Source: an uncultured Candidatus Saccharibacteria bacterium
GTDB lineage: Bacteria; Patescibacteriota; Minisyncoccia; RBG-13-40-8-A
DNA length: 64,000 bases
Direction: 5' to 3'
NCBI GenBank assembly: GCA_965231075.1
Contig: OZ246412.1
Location: 14,224-78,223 of the forward strand
Position numbers and translations under genes: made by a program. Each line of letters begins with the position of its first letter. Position 1 is the first letter of the stretch. Below the pieces are notes generated by a model. That model was not told the DNA's origin and searched no databases. It was given only the letters and a program-made list of their open reading frames with translations. Positions 8,851 through 18,872 of this stretch are shown in pieces.

Positions 8851-10683
8851 ATGGACAATTTTCAATTCAAACAAATAGACACGCAAATTAATCCTACATT
8901 CCAACCCGAAATCAAGCCAGAAAATAAATTTAAAAAACTTTTCAGTAGGAAAAATTTACCCAAAACTTCGGCAATTTTAATTATTGTGGGTGTTTTAATT
9001 ATTGGTGGAGCGATTCTTTGGGGGAGGGGTTCTTTTGTTGGTTCAAAGGTTGTTTTAAATATTCAAACTTCGGAGAATATCTCTTCTGGCGAAGAGACCA
9101 CAATCACAATTAACTATATTAATAATAATCGTGTAGACCTAAACAATGCCAAATTGATTATTAATTATCCCCAAGGAACTTTTTCTTTGGACGGGAAAGA
9201 AATATATCAAGATTCAAAAACATTGGGAGTTGTCGCCAAAAAAACGGGAGGGAAAGAGATTTTTAAGATAAGATTTTTGGGTGAAAGGGGCAGCACAAAA
9301 AACATTATTGCTAAGTTAGAATATAAACCCGCCAACATTAACTCTCGATTTGAGGCAGAAACGTCATCTAAGATAGAAATCAATACTGTAGCAATCGGTA
9401 TTCATGTCGAAGGATCAGAAAAATCAGTCGCTGGGCAAGAAATTAGCTACGCCATAGAGTATGAAAACAGAACAGAAGAAACAGTTGATGATTTGGTTAT
9501 TAAATTAGAATATCCAGATGATTTTAATTTTAAGACATCTGATCCAGCGCCTAAATCTGAAAACGAGGTAAATATTTGGGAAGTCGGCACATTAAAACCC
9601 AACGAAAAAAGAACAATTAATTTAAACGGATCATTGAATGGTCAAGAGATGGAGAATAAAGTTCTAAGAGCAACAATTGGACAGATGCAAGACGGAAATT
9701 TCTTAAAATATAGTTTGTCTGATTTTGTGACGCAAATTTCTCCAGCACCAATTGTTTTGTTAGTTGCCGTTGATAATGCAGACAACGATTGCAAAGTTAA
9801 CGCTGGTCAGGAATTAAGATACGCAATTAATTTTAGAAACAATACCGACATCGCTCTTAAAGAATTGATTTTAAAAGTGTACTTGCAAGACGGGGTTTTT
9901 GATTTAAGAACCATAGACTTAAATGGTAAGGGGTTTTTTGATAGCCGAACAAATACCATCACTTGGAGCGGAGCCGATATTTCTGCTTTAAGCCTATTAG
10001 ATACAAATCAATTCGGAGAAGTGAGGTTTTCTGTAAAAGTAAAAAATGAATTGCCAATTTATAGTTTTAATGATAAAAATTTCGAAGCAGGAGTGATTGC
10101 CGAAATTCAAACCTTAACTGTTCCGGCAAAATTCGCTGGGACAGAGCTAAAATTCGAAAAAGAATTGAACTGCAAAATTAATACTCAGTTAATATTAAAC
10201 ACTAGGGGCTATTATTATGAGCCATCGCAAGGAATTTATAATCTTGGCCCAATTCCACCGAAAGTTAATGAGTTAACAAATTATACAATTCATTGGCAGG
10301 TAATTAACGTTTCTAATGATTTAGATGGCGTTATTATAAAATCAGTTTTGCCTCAAGGGATTAATTATATGAATTATCATATTAATAAATTAAACAAGGG
10401 ACAGTTTTCATACAACGATCGAACCAAAGAAATAATTTGGAATATCGGTAAAGTACCAGCCGGCACTGGCAAAACATTGCCATTATACGAATTAATCTTC
10501 CAAATTGGTCTAACCCCATCTATTAATCAAGTCGGCAGTTCGCCAATATTAATTAATCAATCACAAATTGAGGGAAGAGATATTTTTACGGGTATCAACT
10601 TAAACTCGATTAGTCCGGCCGTAGACACCTCTGTTCCCGACGACACAAAGGTGAATGCTTACGGAGAAAGAGTAATTGAATAA
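8851..10683 (+). CDS. Membrane-anchored Ig-like/DUF11-repeat surface protein
   Basis: One TM segment, then beta-rich repeats (AGQEISYAIEYEN..., WEVGTL). Confidence 0.7.
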   Translation: MDNFQFKQIDTQINPTFQPEIKPENKFKKLFSRKNLPKTSAILIIVGVLIIGGAILWGRGSFVGSKVVLNIQTSENISSGEETTITINYINNNRVDLNNAKLIINYPQGTFSLDGKEIYQDSKTLGVVAKKTGGKEIFKIRFLGERGSTKNIIAKLEYKPANINSRFEAETSSKIEINTVAIGIHVEGSEKSVAGQEISYAIEYENRTEETVDDLVIKLEYPDDFNFKTSDPAPKSENEVNIWEVGTLKPNEKRTINLNGSLNGQEMENKVLRATIGQMQDGNFLKYSLSDFVTQISPAPIVLLVAVDNADNDCKVNAGQELRYAINFRNNTDIALKELILKVYLQDGVFDLRTIDLNGKGFFDSRTNTITWSGADISALSLLDTNQFGEVRFSVKVKNELPIYSFNDKNFEAGVIAEIQTLTVPAKFAGTELKFEKELNCKINTQLILNTRGYYYEPSQGIYNLGPIPPKVNELTNYTIHWQVINVSNDLDGVIIKSVLPQGINYMNYHINKLNKGQFSYNDRTKEIIWNIGKVPAGTGKTLPLYELIFQIGLTPSINQVGSSPILINQSQIEGRDIFTGINLNSISPAVDTSVPDDTKVNAYGERVIE

Positions 10684-10685
10684 AA

Positions 10686-11981
10686 ATGAAAAAAGAAAAT
10701 TTAATGGAAAAAATTGTGAGTTTATGTAAAAGACGAGGATTTGTTTATCCTGGTTCAGAAATTTATGGTGGATTTCAGGGTTTTTATGATTTTGGGCCAC
10801 TTGGCGTATTAATGAAAAATAACTTAAAACAGTTATGGTGGAACTGGATGACCAGGGAGCATGAAAACATTGTAGGCATTGATGGTGCAATTATTACCAA
10901 TCCTAGGGTTTGGGAAGCATCGGGTCATGTGAAAAGTTTTGTCGATCCACTTTCGGAGTGTAAAAAATGTCATCACCGATTTAAGGTAGATGACCTAAAA
11001 GATAGTAAAAAATGCCCCGATTGTAAAGGCGAATTAACCGAACCAAAACAATTTAATATTTTAGTTCCCACACAATTAGGCGTAATTGAAGGAGAAAAAA
11101 CTAATGCCTATTTACGCGGAGAGGCGTGTCAAACAATTTATCTTAATTATAAAAACGTCTTAAACACCACACGATTGAAAGTTCCTTTCGGAATTTGCCA
11201 AATTGGTAAGGCGTTTAGAAATGAAGTAACGCCAGGAAATTTTTTATTTAGACAACGCGAGTTTGAGCAGTGGGACCTGCAGTGGTTTTGTAAAGAAAAC
11301 GAAATGGAAAAATGGTTTGAATTTTGGAAAAAAGAGAGAATGGAGTGGTACAAGAATATCTTTACCAATCCCAAAAATCTTGGGTTTTACAAACACGAGA
11401 AATTGGCACACTATGCCAAAATGGCCTATGATATTACTTACGAAAATTCGCCTTGCGAAATTAAGGAAATGGAGGGAATTCATTGGCGTGGAGACTGGGA
11501 CCTCTTGGGGCATGCGAAATTTTCCGGGCAAGATTTAAGTTACACTGATCCAGAAACTAACGAAAAATTTGTTCCACAAATTGTGGAAACGTCTGGTGGG
11601 GTTGATCGAGCATTTTTATTTTTATTGATCGATGCCTATATTGAAGAAAAAGAGAGAATCGTCTTAAAATTACACTCTAAAATTGCGCCATATCAAGTCG
11701 CCGTATTCCCATTATTAAAAAATAAACCGGAATTAATCGAAAAAGCGCAAAAAGTATATCGGGAACTAAAAAAAGATTTTAATGTTTCCTGGGATGATCG
11801 AGGTAATATTGGCAAAAGATATTTTGCTCAAGACGAAATCGGTACGCCATTTTGTGTAACGGTTGATTTTGACACACTAGAGAAAAACATTGTTACAGTT
11901 AGAGACAGAGATAGTATGAAACAAGACAAAGTTGACCTTCAGGAATTAAAAGACTATTTAAAAGAAAAAATAAATGTCTAA
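10686..11981 (+). CDS. glyS: Glycine--tRNA ligase (alpha2 type)
   Basis: KRRGFVYPGSEIYGG..DFGPLG, WEASGH, GKAFRNEVTP, IGKRY..QDEIGTP. Confidence 0.96.
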   Translation: MKKENLMEKIVSLCKRRGFVYPGSEIYGGFQGFYDFGPLGVLMKNNLKQLWWNWMTREHENIVGIDGAIITNPRVWEASGHVKSFVDPLSECKKCHHRFKVDDLKDSKKCPDCKGELTEPKQFNILVPTQLGVIEGEKTNAYLRGEACQTIYLNYKNVLNTTRLKVPFGICQIGKAFRNEVTPGNFLFRQREFEQWDLQWFCKENEMEKWFEFWKKERMEWYKNIFTNPKNLGFYKHEKLAHYAKMAYDITYENSPCEIKEMEGIHWRGDWDLLGHAKFSGQDLSYTDPETNEKFVPQIVETSGGVDRAFLFLLIDAYIEEKERIVLKLHSKIAPYQVAVFPLLKNKPELIEKAQKVYRELKKDFNVSWDDRGNIGKRYFAQDEIGTPFCVTVDFDTLEKNIVTVRDRDSMKQDKVDLQELKDYLKEKINV

Positions 11982-13251
11982 ACCGTTTCAAAAATTTACA
12001 TTTAAAAACGGTCTAAGGTTGGTCACTGTTCCGATGAAAAATACTCAAGCAGTGACTGTTTTAGTTTTAGTTGGGACTGGCTCTAAATACGAAACCAAGG
12101 AGGTTAATGGGATTTCACATTTTTTAGAGCACATGTTTTTTAAGGGGACAAAGAATAAACCGAGCACAAATAAACTAATTGAACCATTAGATAGGATTGG
12201 AGGAAAATATAATGCCTCTACCGATTATGAGATAACTGATTTTTGGGCAAAAGTTGATGCAAAACACTTAGACGTGGCAATTGATTGGATTTCGGATATA
12301 TTTCTGAATTCCAGAATAGATTCGAAAGAAATCGAGAAAGAAAAAGGAGTCATTATAGAGGAGATTAATATGTACTTAGACGAACCAATCAATTATGTTT
12401 CTGACTTGTGGAACAAATTATTGTATGGCGATCAACCAGCGGGATGGTTTATAGCCGGAGAAAAAGAGACGGTGCAAAACATAAAAAGAAATGATTTTAT
12501 AAATTACTTAAAAAATCACTACTCATCTGTTAATACTGTAGTTGTGGTGGCCGGGAAAATAGATAACATTAAAAAATTAAAGCTTAATATTCAACAAAAA
12601 TTCCAAAAGATAAATAGAAAAAGCCCGCAACCAAGAGCAAAAGTTTTTTACTCGCAACAGAAGCCACAAGCATTGATATACTACAAGAAAACAGACCAAA
12701 CTCACTTGTGTCTTGGCAATAGAGCATACAATATGTTTCATCCAGACAGGTATATTCTGGATATTATAAATACAATTTTAAGTGGAGGATTTACATCAAG
12801 GATGTGGACAAATATACGCCAAAAAAGAGGACTAGCCTATTATGTTTATACTTATGGAAACGCGGATCTGGATACGGGGTATATATTAACCAAGGCCGGA
12901 GTTAATAACGATAAAGTTGACGAAGCGATAAAAGAAATTTTAAACCAATACAATATTATTAAAAATAAAAAAGTTTCCGCACAAGAACTAAGAAAAGCTA
13001 AAGACTATATAAAGGGAAGAGCAATTTTGGGCATGGAATCATCTGATGCTCTGGCTTCTTTTTACGGCCATCAGGAATTATTTGAAAATAAAATTTTGAC
13101 CCTAGAAGAGAAACTTGCTAAAATAGAAGCAGTAACGGCCGAAGACGTACAAAGAGTGGCGAAAGACATATTTAGACCAGAAAAATTAAATTTAGCATTA
13201 ATTGGACCATTTAAAAATAAGGCGAAATTTCAACGCCTTCTAAAATTATGA
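11974..13251 (+). CDS. M16 family zinc peptidase
   Basis: GISHFLEHMFFKGT (HxxEH), IRQKRGLAYYV. Confidence 0.93.
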   Translation: MSKPFQKFTFKNGLRLVTVPMKNTQAVTVLVLVGTGSKYETKEVNGISHFLEHMFFKGTKNKPSTNKLIEPLDRIGGKYNASTDYEITDFWAKVDAKHLDVAIDWISDIFLNSRIDSKEIEKEKGVIIEEINMYLDEPINYVSDLWNKLLYGDQPAGWFIAGEKETVQNIKRNDFINYLKNHYSSVNTVVVVAGKIDNIKKLKLNIQQKFQKINRKSPQPRAKVFYSQQKPQALIYYKKTDQTHLCLGNRAYNMFHPDRYILDIINTILSGGFTSRMWTNIRQKRGLAYYVYTYGNADLDTGYILTKAGVNNDKVDEAIKEILNQYNIIKNKKVSAQELRKAKDYIKGRAILGMESSDALASFYGHQELFENKILTLEEKLAKIEAVTAEDVQRVAKDIFRPEKLNLALIGPFKNKAKFQRLLKL

Positions 13252-14288
13252 ACGAAACAAAAACAATAAATATTTCTACGAACACCATTATTAGATTTAT
13301 TCTGATAGTTTTGGGATTAGTTTTTCTGTTTTTAATCCGCGATGTTATCGTTTTATTTATCTTTGCATTAATTATTGCCTCAGCGATAGCTCCGGTGGTT
13401 AATTTCTTTGAAAAAATCAAAATACCTCGAGTCGTCGGGGCATTAATTGTTTACGTTCTAGTTATTGGCGCAATAGCACTTCTAATTTCTCTAATCGTAC
13501 CAACAATTGCCAAAAATGTTAAAGATCTGGCCACTAATCTGCCTACCTACATTGAATCATTGTCAGAGAAATTTCAATCTTTTGAAAAAGCCTCGTCAAA
13601 ATACGGAATGATTATCGATAGATTGCAGGGGTATTTAAGTGATATTGGTGAAACATTAAAATCATTGAGCACAAATATTTTCTCTACCGCTGTTAGTTTC
13701 TTTGGTGGAATATTTTCCTTCTTTTTGGTTGTTGTGATGTCTTTTTATATATCCGTCCAAAAGAAAGGGGTACAAAGGGTTTTGACTGCGGTAATGCCGA
13801 TCAATTACCGTGATTACGTTTTGAATCTTTGGGATCGAGCACAAAAAAAACTGGGCCGATGGCTCCAGGGACAATTATTCTTAGCTTTAATTGTGGGGGC
13901 TTTGGTTTATGTCGGTCTTTCTCTTTTAGGAGTTAAATACGCCCTCATATTGGGAATAATTTCAGGGGTTTTAGAGCTATTTCCGTATATCGGGCCAGTG
14001 CTTGCAGGTATCCCAGGCGTAATTTTGGGCTTATTACAATCGCCAATTTTAGGCTTGTGGGTGTTTATCTTGTATGTGGTTGTGCAACAAATTGAGAGTT
14101 ATTTAATTACACCATTGGTTATGGGTAAGGTAGTAGGATTAAATCCGATTGTCATAATCTTGGCATTGTTAATTGGTGCGAAATTTGGCGGAATTCTTGG
14201 GATGATTTTAGCTGTTCCTTTGGCAGCAGTATTTGCGGAACTGTTAAGAGATATGATTAAAAAACGAAAAGAATCAGAAGCGAAATAA
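13248..14288 (+). CDS. AI-2E family transporter
   Basis: Multi-TM; ELFPYIGP, QQIESYLITPLVMGKVVGLNP. Confidence 0.92.
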   Translation: MNETKTINISTNTIIRFILIVLGLVFLFLIRDVIVLFIFALIIASAIAPVVNFFEKIKIPRVVGALIVYVLVIGAIALLISLIVPTIAKNVKDLATNLPTYIESLSEKFQSFEKASSKYGMIIDRLQGYLSDIGETLKSLSTNIFSTAVSFFGGIFSFFLVVVMSFYISVQKKGVQRVLTAVMPINYRDYVLNLWDRAQKKLGRWLQGQLFLALIVGALVYVGLSLLGVKYALILGIISGVLELFPYIGPVLAGIPGVILGLLQSPILGLWVFILYVVVQQIESYLITPLVMGKVVGLNPIVIILALLIGAKFGGILGMILAVPLAAVFAELLRDMIKKRKESEAK

Positions 14289-14715
14289 TAATTACAACAA
14301 TTTGCAGAAAAAACTCAAAGAAGGTCGATGTACCTTCTTTTTGTGATTTATAGTGAAAATTATGATGAAATGATATGTATTTTTGAACAAATTTAATTCT
14401 AGTATTTTGGAACAAAAACCACAAAATATCGGGGACTAGAGAGAAAAATATTCCCAAGATAATTAAGGCAATATTCTTTGTGGTTAAAGAATTATTTTGA
14501 CCAATATATACGAATACCAGAAACAATCCAATCGTACCATCCAAAAACATTTTAAGCACGTTTTTTATTTTTCTAGTACTAGAAATACAATAGTCCCAAT
14601 GAGGAATCTTATCGACAACGAAGTGAAAGATAACTCCTAGAACCATCACTAACCAAAAATTATTTACTTTTGATCCAATAATAGCGCCAATTAAAACATG
14701 AGGAGTTATAATCAT
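14257..14715 (-). CDS. Membrane protein, possible metal-dependent hydrolase
   Basis: TPH...HFVVDKIPHWDY...PD...HHNFH; TM helices. Confidence 0.65.
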   Translation of the reverse strand: MIITPHVLIGAIIGSKVNNFWLVMVLGVIFHFVVDKIPHWDYCISSTRKIKNVLKMFLDGTIGLFLVFVYIGQNNSLTTKNIALIILGIFFSLVPDILWFLFQNTRIKFVQKYISFHHNFHYKSQKEGTSTFFEFFLQIVVIIISLLILFVF

Positions 14716-14763
14716 AGTATTTTTATATTAACAAATATTTAATTTACTGTTAAGCTGAAACTA

Positions 14764-15423
14764 ATGGGCAAATTATACATTATTGCAACACCAATAGGAA
14801 ATTTAGACGACATAACTTTAAGATCAATAAATATCTTAAAAGGCGTGGATTTAGTTTTGTGCGAAGATACAAGAGTTACAAAAAAACTACTTGAACATTT
14901 TGAAATTAAAACACCTGTACAAAGTTATCATCAACATAGTGATTCTAAAAAAACCGATTACATTTTAAATTTATTTAAAGAAAATAAAAATATCGCATTA
15001 GTTTCTGATTCGGGAACTCCAGGAATATCAGATCCAGGGAATAAATTGGTGGAAGATGCGCATAGAGAGGGGGTAAAGATTGTGCCGATTCCCGGGCCCA
15101 GTGCGATGATTGCAATTGCGAGCGTTGCGGGGATTTCTATGGACAAATTTGTGTTTATGGGATTTCCGCCACATAAAAAGGGTCGACAGACAATGTTTAA
15201 AGAAATTTCCGAATCTAAATATCCAGTAATAATTTACGAATCAGTGCACAGAATTATAAAAACTCTAAAAGAGTTGCAAACATTACATGATTTTGATATA
15301 GTTGTCGGCAGAGAATTAACCAAAAAATTCGAAACTATCTGCCGTGGCAAAATCTCCGAAGTCATTCCCCAAATCGAACTAAAAGGAGAATTTGTAGTAA
15401 TAATACATAAAGATGAAAAATAA
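14764..15423 (+). CDS. rsmI: 16S rRNA C1402 2'-O-methyltransferase
   Basis: LYIIATPIGNLDDIT, CEDTR, LVSDSGTPGISDPG, RELTKKFE. Confidence 0.96.
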   Translation: MGKLYIIATPIGNLDDITLRSINILKGVDLVLCEDTRVTKKLLEHFEIKTPVQSYHQHSDSKKTDYILNLFKENKNIALVSDSGTPGISDPGNKLVEDAHREGVKIVPIPGPSAMIAIASVAGISMDKFVFMGFPPHKKGRQTMFKEISESKYPVIIYESVHRIIKTLKELQTLHDFDIVVGRELTKKFETICRGKISEVIPQIELKGEFVVIIHKDEK

Positions 15424-16912
15424 ATTTTATATCACAACTACATTGCCATATGTGAATGCTGAGCCACATATTGGATTTGCGCTAGAAATTGTGCAGGCAG
15501 ATGTTATTGCTCGATATCGCGCCCTACAAGGCGACGAGGTGTTTTTTAATACCGGGACCGACGAGCATGGATTGAAAATCTATCAAAAGGCGTTAGAAGA
15601 AAAAAAAGACCCACAAGCATATTGTGATGAGTATGCAGCGAAATTTGATTTATTAAAAACGAAATTAAATCTTTCTTACAATAATTTTATTCGCACCACT
15701 GACAAACATCATATTGAGGCGTGCCAAGAATTCTGGAAAAAATGTGAAAAAAATGGCGATATTTACAAAAAGAATTACAAAACCAAATATTGCGTTGGTT
15801 GTGAATTAGAAAAAACCGATTCCGAATTAGTTGATGGCAAATGCCCGATTCATCCCAATCGCGAACTAGAAATCATCGAAGAAGAAAATTATTTCTTTAA
15901 GTTTTCTAAATACCAGCAACCACTTTTGGATTTTTACGACAAAAATAAAGGTTTTGTTATTCCTGCGCATCGTCAAAAAGAAATTTATAATTTTGTAAAA
16001 AATGGTTTGCAAGATTTTAGTATTTCCCGACTCAAAACAAAAATGCCATGGGGCGTACCCGTACCGGGGGACAGTGACCACATAATGTATGTTTGGTTTG
16101 ATGCCCTTATCAACTATATTTCCTGTCTAGGTTGGCCCAAAGACGAGAAAAAGTTCAAAGAATTCTGGCCGGGACTGCAAGTTGCCGGAAAAGATAATTT
16201 AAGACAACAAACTGCAATGTGGCAAGCCATGCTTTTATCGGCTAAGCTTCCGTTATCGAAACAGGTGTTTATTCATGGATTTATTACTTTAGGTGGACAA
16301 AAAATTAGTAAATCTTCTAGTCCAAGCCCAAGTCCATCGCCATCAAGCGAGGTTTCATTATCAAAGAATATTTTACCAAGTCCAATTGAGTTGGTTGATA
16401 AATACGGCATTGATGCGGTGAGATACTATTTATTGCGCGGAATTCCGTCTTCCGAAGATGGCGATTTTTCTATTGAACGATTTGAAGAATTATACAATTC
16501 TGATCTAGCAAATGGATTAGGAAATTTGGTTGCGAGAGTATTGGGATTAACAGAGAAACATAATCTATTTAAAAGCATTTTTATAAATGATGTCGACGGC
16601 AAATACAAAAGAGACGTGGACAACCTGAAAGCAGCAGTCAGCGATTGCATTAACGGGTTTGGATTTTCGGAATTTTTAGAAATCGTTTGGTCTGGTATTC
16701 GTGTTTTGGGTGACACATACATTGATAGTCAAAAACCATGGGAATTAGCTGGAGAAGATGAGATTAAATTAAAACAAGTTTTAACTAATTTACTTTATTT
16801 AATTTCCGAAATTGCCGAATTAATTACACCGTTTTTACCTGAAACGAGTGAAAAAATAAAAAATCAATTAAAATCCGGTAAATCAGAAATATTGTTTCCC
16901 AGAATTTCATAA
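15413..16912 (+). CDS. metG: Methionine--tRNA ligase
   Basis: FYITTTLPYVNAEPHIG, TGTDEHG, YVWFDALINY, KISKS. Confidence 0.96.
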   Translation: MKNKFYITTTLPYVNAEPHIGFALEIVQADVIARYRALQGDEVFFNTGTDEHGLKIYQKALEEKKDPQAYCDEYAAKFDLLKTKLNLSYNNFIRTTDKHHIEACQEFWKKCEKNGDIYKKNYKTKYCVGCELEKTDSELVDGKCPIHPNRELEIIEEENYFFKFSKYQQPLLDFYDKNKGFVIPAHRQKEIYNFVKNGLQDFSISRLKTKMPWGVPVPGDSDHIMYVWFDALINYISCLGWPKDEKKFKEFWPGLQVAGKDNLRQQTAMWQAMLLSAKLPLSKQVFIHGFITLGGQKISKSSSPSPSPSPSSEVSLSKNILPSPIELVDKYGIDAVRYYLLRGIPSSEDGDFSIERFEELYNSDLANGLGNLVARVLGLTEKHNLFKSIFINDVDGKYKRDVDNLKAAVSDCINGFGFSEFLEIVWSGIRVLGDTYIDSQKPWELAGEDEIKLKQVLTNLLYLISEIAELITPFLPETSEKIKNQLKSGKSEILFPRIS

Positions 16913-16923
16913 AAGTTATAACA

Positions 16924-16994
16924 TTGACGTAATAAATTTAATAGTATATAGTAAAATCAGTTCCTTTGGAACTGATTTTAAATCTAATAGGGAG
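16924..16994 (+). promoter_or_regulatory. Promoter, 13-bp inverted repeat and SD
   Basis: TTGACG-N17-TATAGT; TAAAATCAGTTCC-TTT-GGAACTGATTTTA (16952-16980); GGGAG. Confidence 0.75.
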
Positions 16995-17000
16995 TGTGCA

Positions 17001-18026
17001 ATGAAAAAATCAGTTTGTGTCGTTCTTTTTATGTTCATGTTTTTGTCGCTATCTTTTTCGGCGTTCGGCCAGCAGGTCGAATACAAAAAGATCTATCGAC
17101 TCGGCGTGGCTCCGCTGGAAAAAAACGGGGTCAAGACACTGGAAGAGCTCGAAGCGCTCATCGTCAAAAAGATTGTGGTCATCGATCTATTATTGAGCGG
17201 GCGAAAAGAGCTTGTCGAAGAATTCTATCGACAATTTCCCGAGGCAAGGGTCGAAGAGATTTCTTTTGACAAAAATGACCACGTGCGAATTATTTCGATG
17301 TCCTGGGAGAACTGGGACAAGAAGCCCAAGGTAACGGTACCTGTCGAATGGGCTGGAGAAGGAATCGTTGAGGCATATATTTTTAAAATCGATTATATGC
17401 ACATCGGAAAGTCTTATTGGTTCCTGATTCCCAAGAAGTGTGGGAACGTTTCTCTATGGAAGATCGAAGATCTTGAGATTCCGATTAGGAAAATCGAAGA
17501 GAAGCCGGTTGTCGAGTACCCATCTCGGTCAAACCCCGAGATCGAAACGGTTCACAATCCGGAACCCAAGCCCGTTGTCGAGACGTCCAAAGAAAAGGAT
17601 GATACGGATTATTTCGCAGATTTGGCCGGAGGAATTTTCAAAAGCTGCTACAAGGAGTATATTATCCTCCGGGCTGGTTTCGCGAAAAAAATCAGCGAAA
17701 AATTCGAACTGACCTTCTTGGGAGGAATCGGCCTTCCTCTTGATTTCCAAACCGGATATCCCGGAACCGAGGAATGGAAAGTGGTGTTTATGGGCGACAC
17801 AAAGTTGATATACAGACCATCTTCATTCTTTATCGGTGTAGGCGCCGGAATGTCGTCTGCCGTCAAGGCAGGCAATACCAAGCAACTGGAAGGAATTTGC
17901 ACGACAGGAATCAGTTCAGGCAAGATCGATTTATTTGTTGAAGTGCGTCTTCCTATGCAGAAAGACAAGAGCTTCAAGAACAACTACAAGATATTTGCCG
18001 GAATAGGAGTACACTGGGGGCGATGA
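17001..18026 (+). CDS. Secreted hypothetical protein with Pro-rich linker and beta-barrel-like C-terminus
   Basis: Signal peptide (AFG-Q); amphipathic strands ending IFAGIGVHW; GC-richer than its flanks. Confidence 0.7.
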   Translation: MKKSVCVVLFMFMFLSLSFSAFGQQVEYKKIYRLGVAPLEKNGVKTLEELEALIVKKIVVIDLLLSGRKELVEEFYRQFPEARVEEISFDKNDHVRIISMSWENWDKKPKVTVPVEWAGEGIVEAYIFKIDYMHIGKSYWFLIPKKCGNVSLWKIEDLEIPIRKIEEKPVVEYPSRSNPEIETVHNPEPKPVVETSKEKDDTDYFADLAGGIFKSCYKEYIILRAGFAKKISEKFELTFLGGIGLPLDFQTGYPGTEEWKVVFMGDTKLIYRPSSFFIGVGAGMSSAVKAGNTKQLEGICTTGISSGKIDLFVEVRLPMQKDKSFKNNYKIFAGIGVHWGR

Positions 18027-18041
18027 GCCCCCTTTTTTATT
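18016..18041 (+). terminator. Terminator whose loop contains the stop codon
   Basis: GGGGGC-GATGA-GCCCCC-TTTTTTATT. Confidence 0.8.
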
Positions 18042-18067
18042 CTTTAAAATAGTGATATATTGATTTT

Positions 18068-18865
18068 ATGTTGATCGATACACACGCGCATTTAAATTTT
18101 AAAGATTTTGATGACGATCGAAATGAAATTATTAAAAAATGCCAAGATTTACAAGTTGGCATTATTAATATTGGCGTTAATTATACTGCCTCTAAAGAGG
18201 TGATTGAACTTGCTGAGAAATATAGTAATTGTTGGGCGACGGTTGCCATGCATCCACATGACATTAATGATCCAAGAGATAAAATTGGTTTTGATTACAA
18301 CAAATTTTTGGAACTTGCTAAAAATCCAAAAGTCGTAGGAATTGGTGAATGTGGATTGGATTATCAATTTTGTGAAGACGATTTAACACAACAAAAACAA
18401 CAGCAAGAAATTTTTATACAACATTTAAAATTGGCGCAGGAAGTAAACAAGCCAATCATTATTCACAGTCGTAGATTGTTTCCAGAAATATTAGAGATCA
18501 TTAAAACATTTCAAGCATCAAACACCAGACATTTAGCCGGTGTTCTTCACTGCTATATGGGACGCTGGAGTTATGCGGAAGAATATTTAAAATTAGGTTT
18601 TTATTTAAGTTTTACGGGACTAATAACCTATGCGCGAGATTATGATAAAGTGATTAAAAATTGTCCGTTAGATAAAATTTTAATTGAAACCGATTCACCG
18701 TATTTGACGCCCGACCCCCTGCACAAAAAAGACGAAATTGTCCGCAATACACCATTAAATGTCGAATTAGTTGCTCGAAAAATTGCCGAAATTAAAGGAA
18801 TCAGCCTTGAAGAAGTTGCAAAACAAACCACCCAAAACGCACAAAAGCTATTTAATATAGTATAA
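18068..18865 (+). CDS. tatD: TatD family DNase
   Basis: IDTHAHL, HPH, GIGECGLDY, IIHSR, LIETDSPY. Confidence 0.95.
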   Translation: MLIDTHAHLNFKDFDDDRNEIIKKCQDLQVGIINIGVNYTASKEVIELAEKYSNCWATVAMHPHDINDPRDKIGFDYNKFLELAKNPKVVGIGECGLDYQFCEDDLTQQKQQQEIFIQHLKLAQEVNKPIIIHSRRLFPEILEIIKTFQASNTRHLAGVLHCYMGRWSYAEEYLKLGFYLSFTGLITYARDYDKVIKNCPLDKILIETDSPYLTPDPLHKKDEIVRNTPLNVELVARKIAEIKGISLEEVAKQTTQNAQKLFNIV

Positions 18866-18872
18866 TTAAGTT

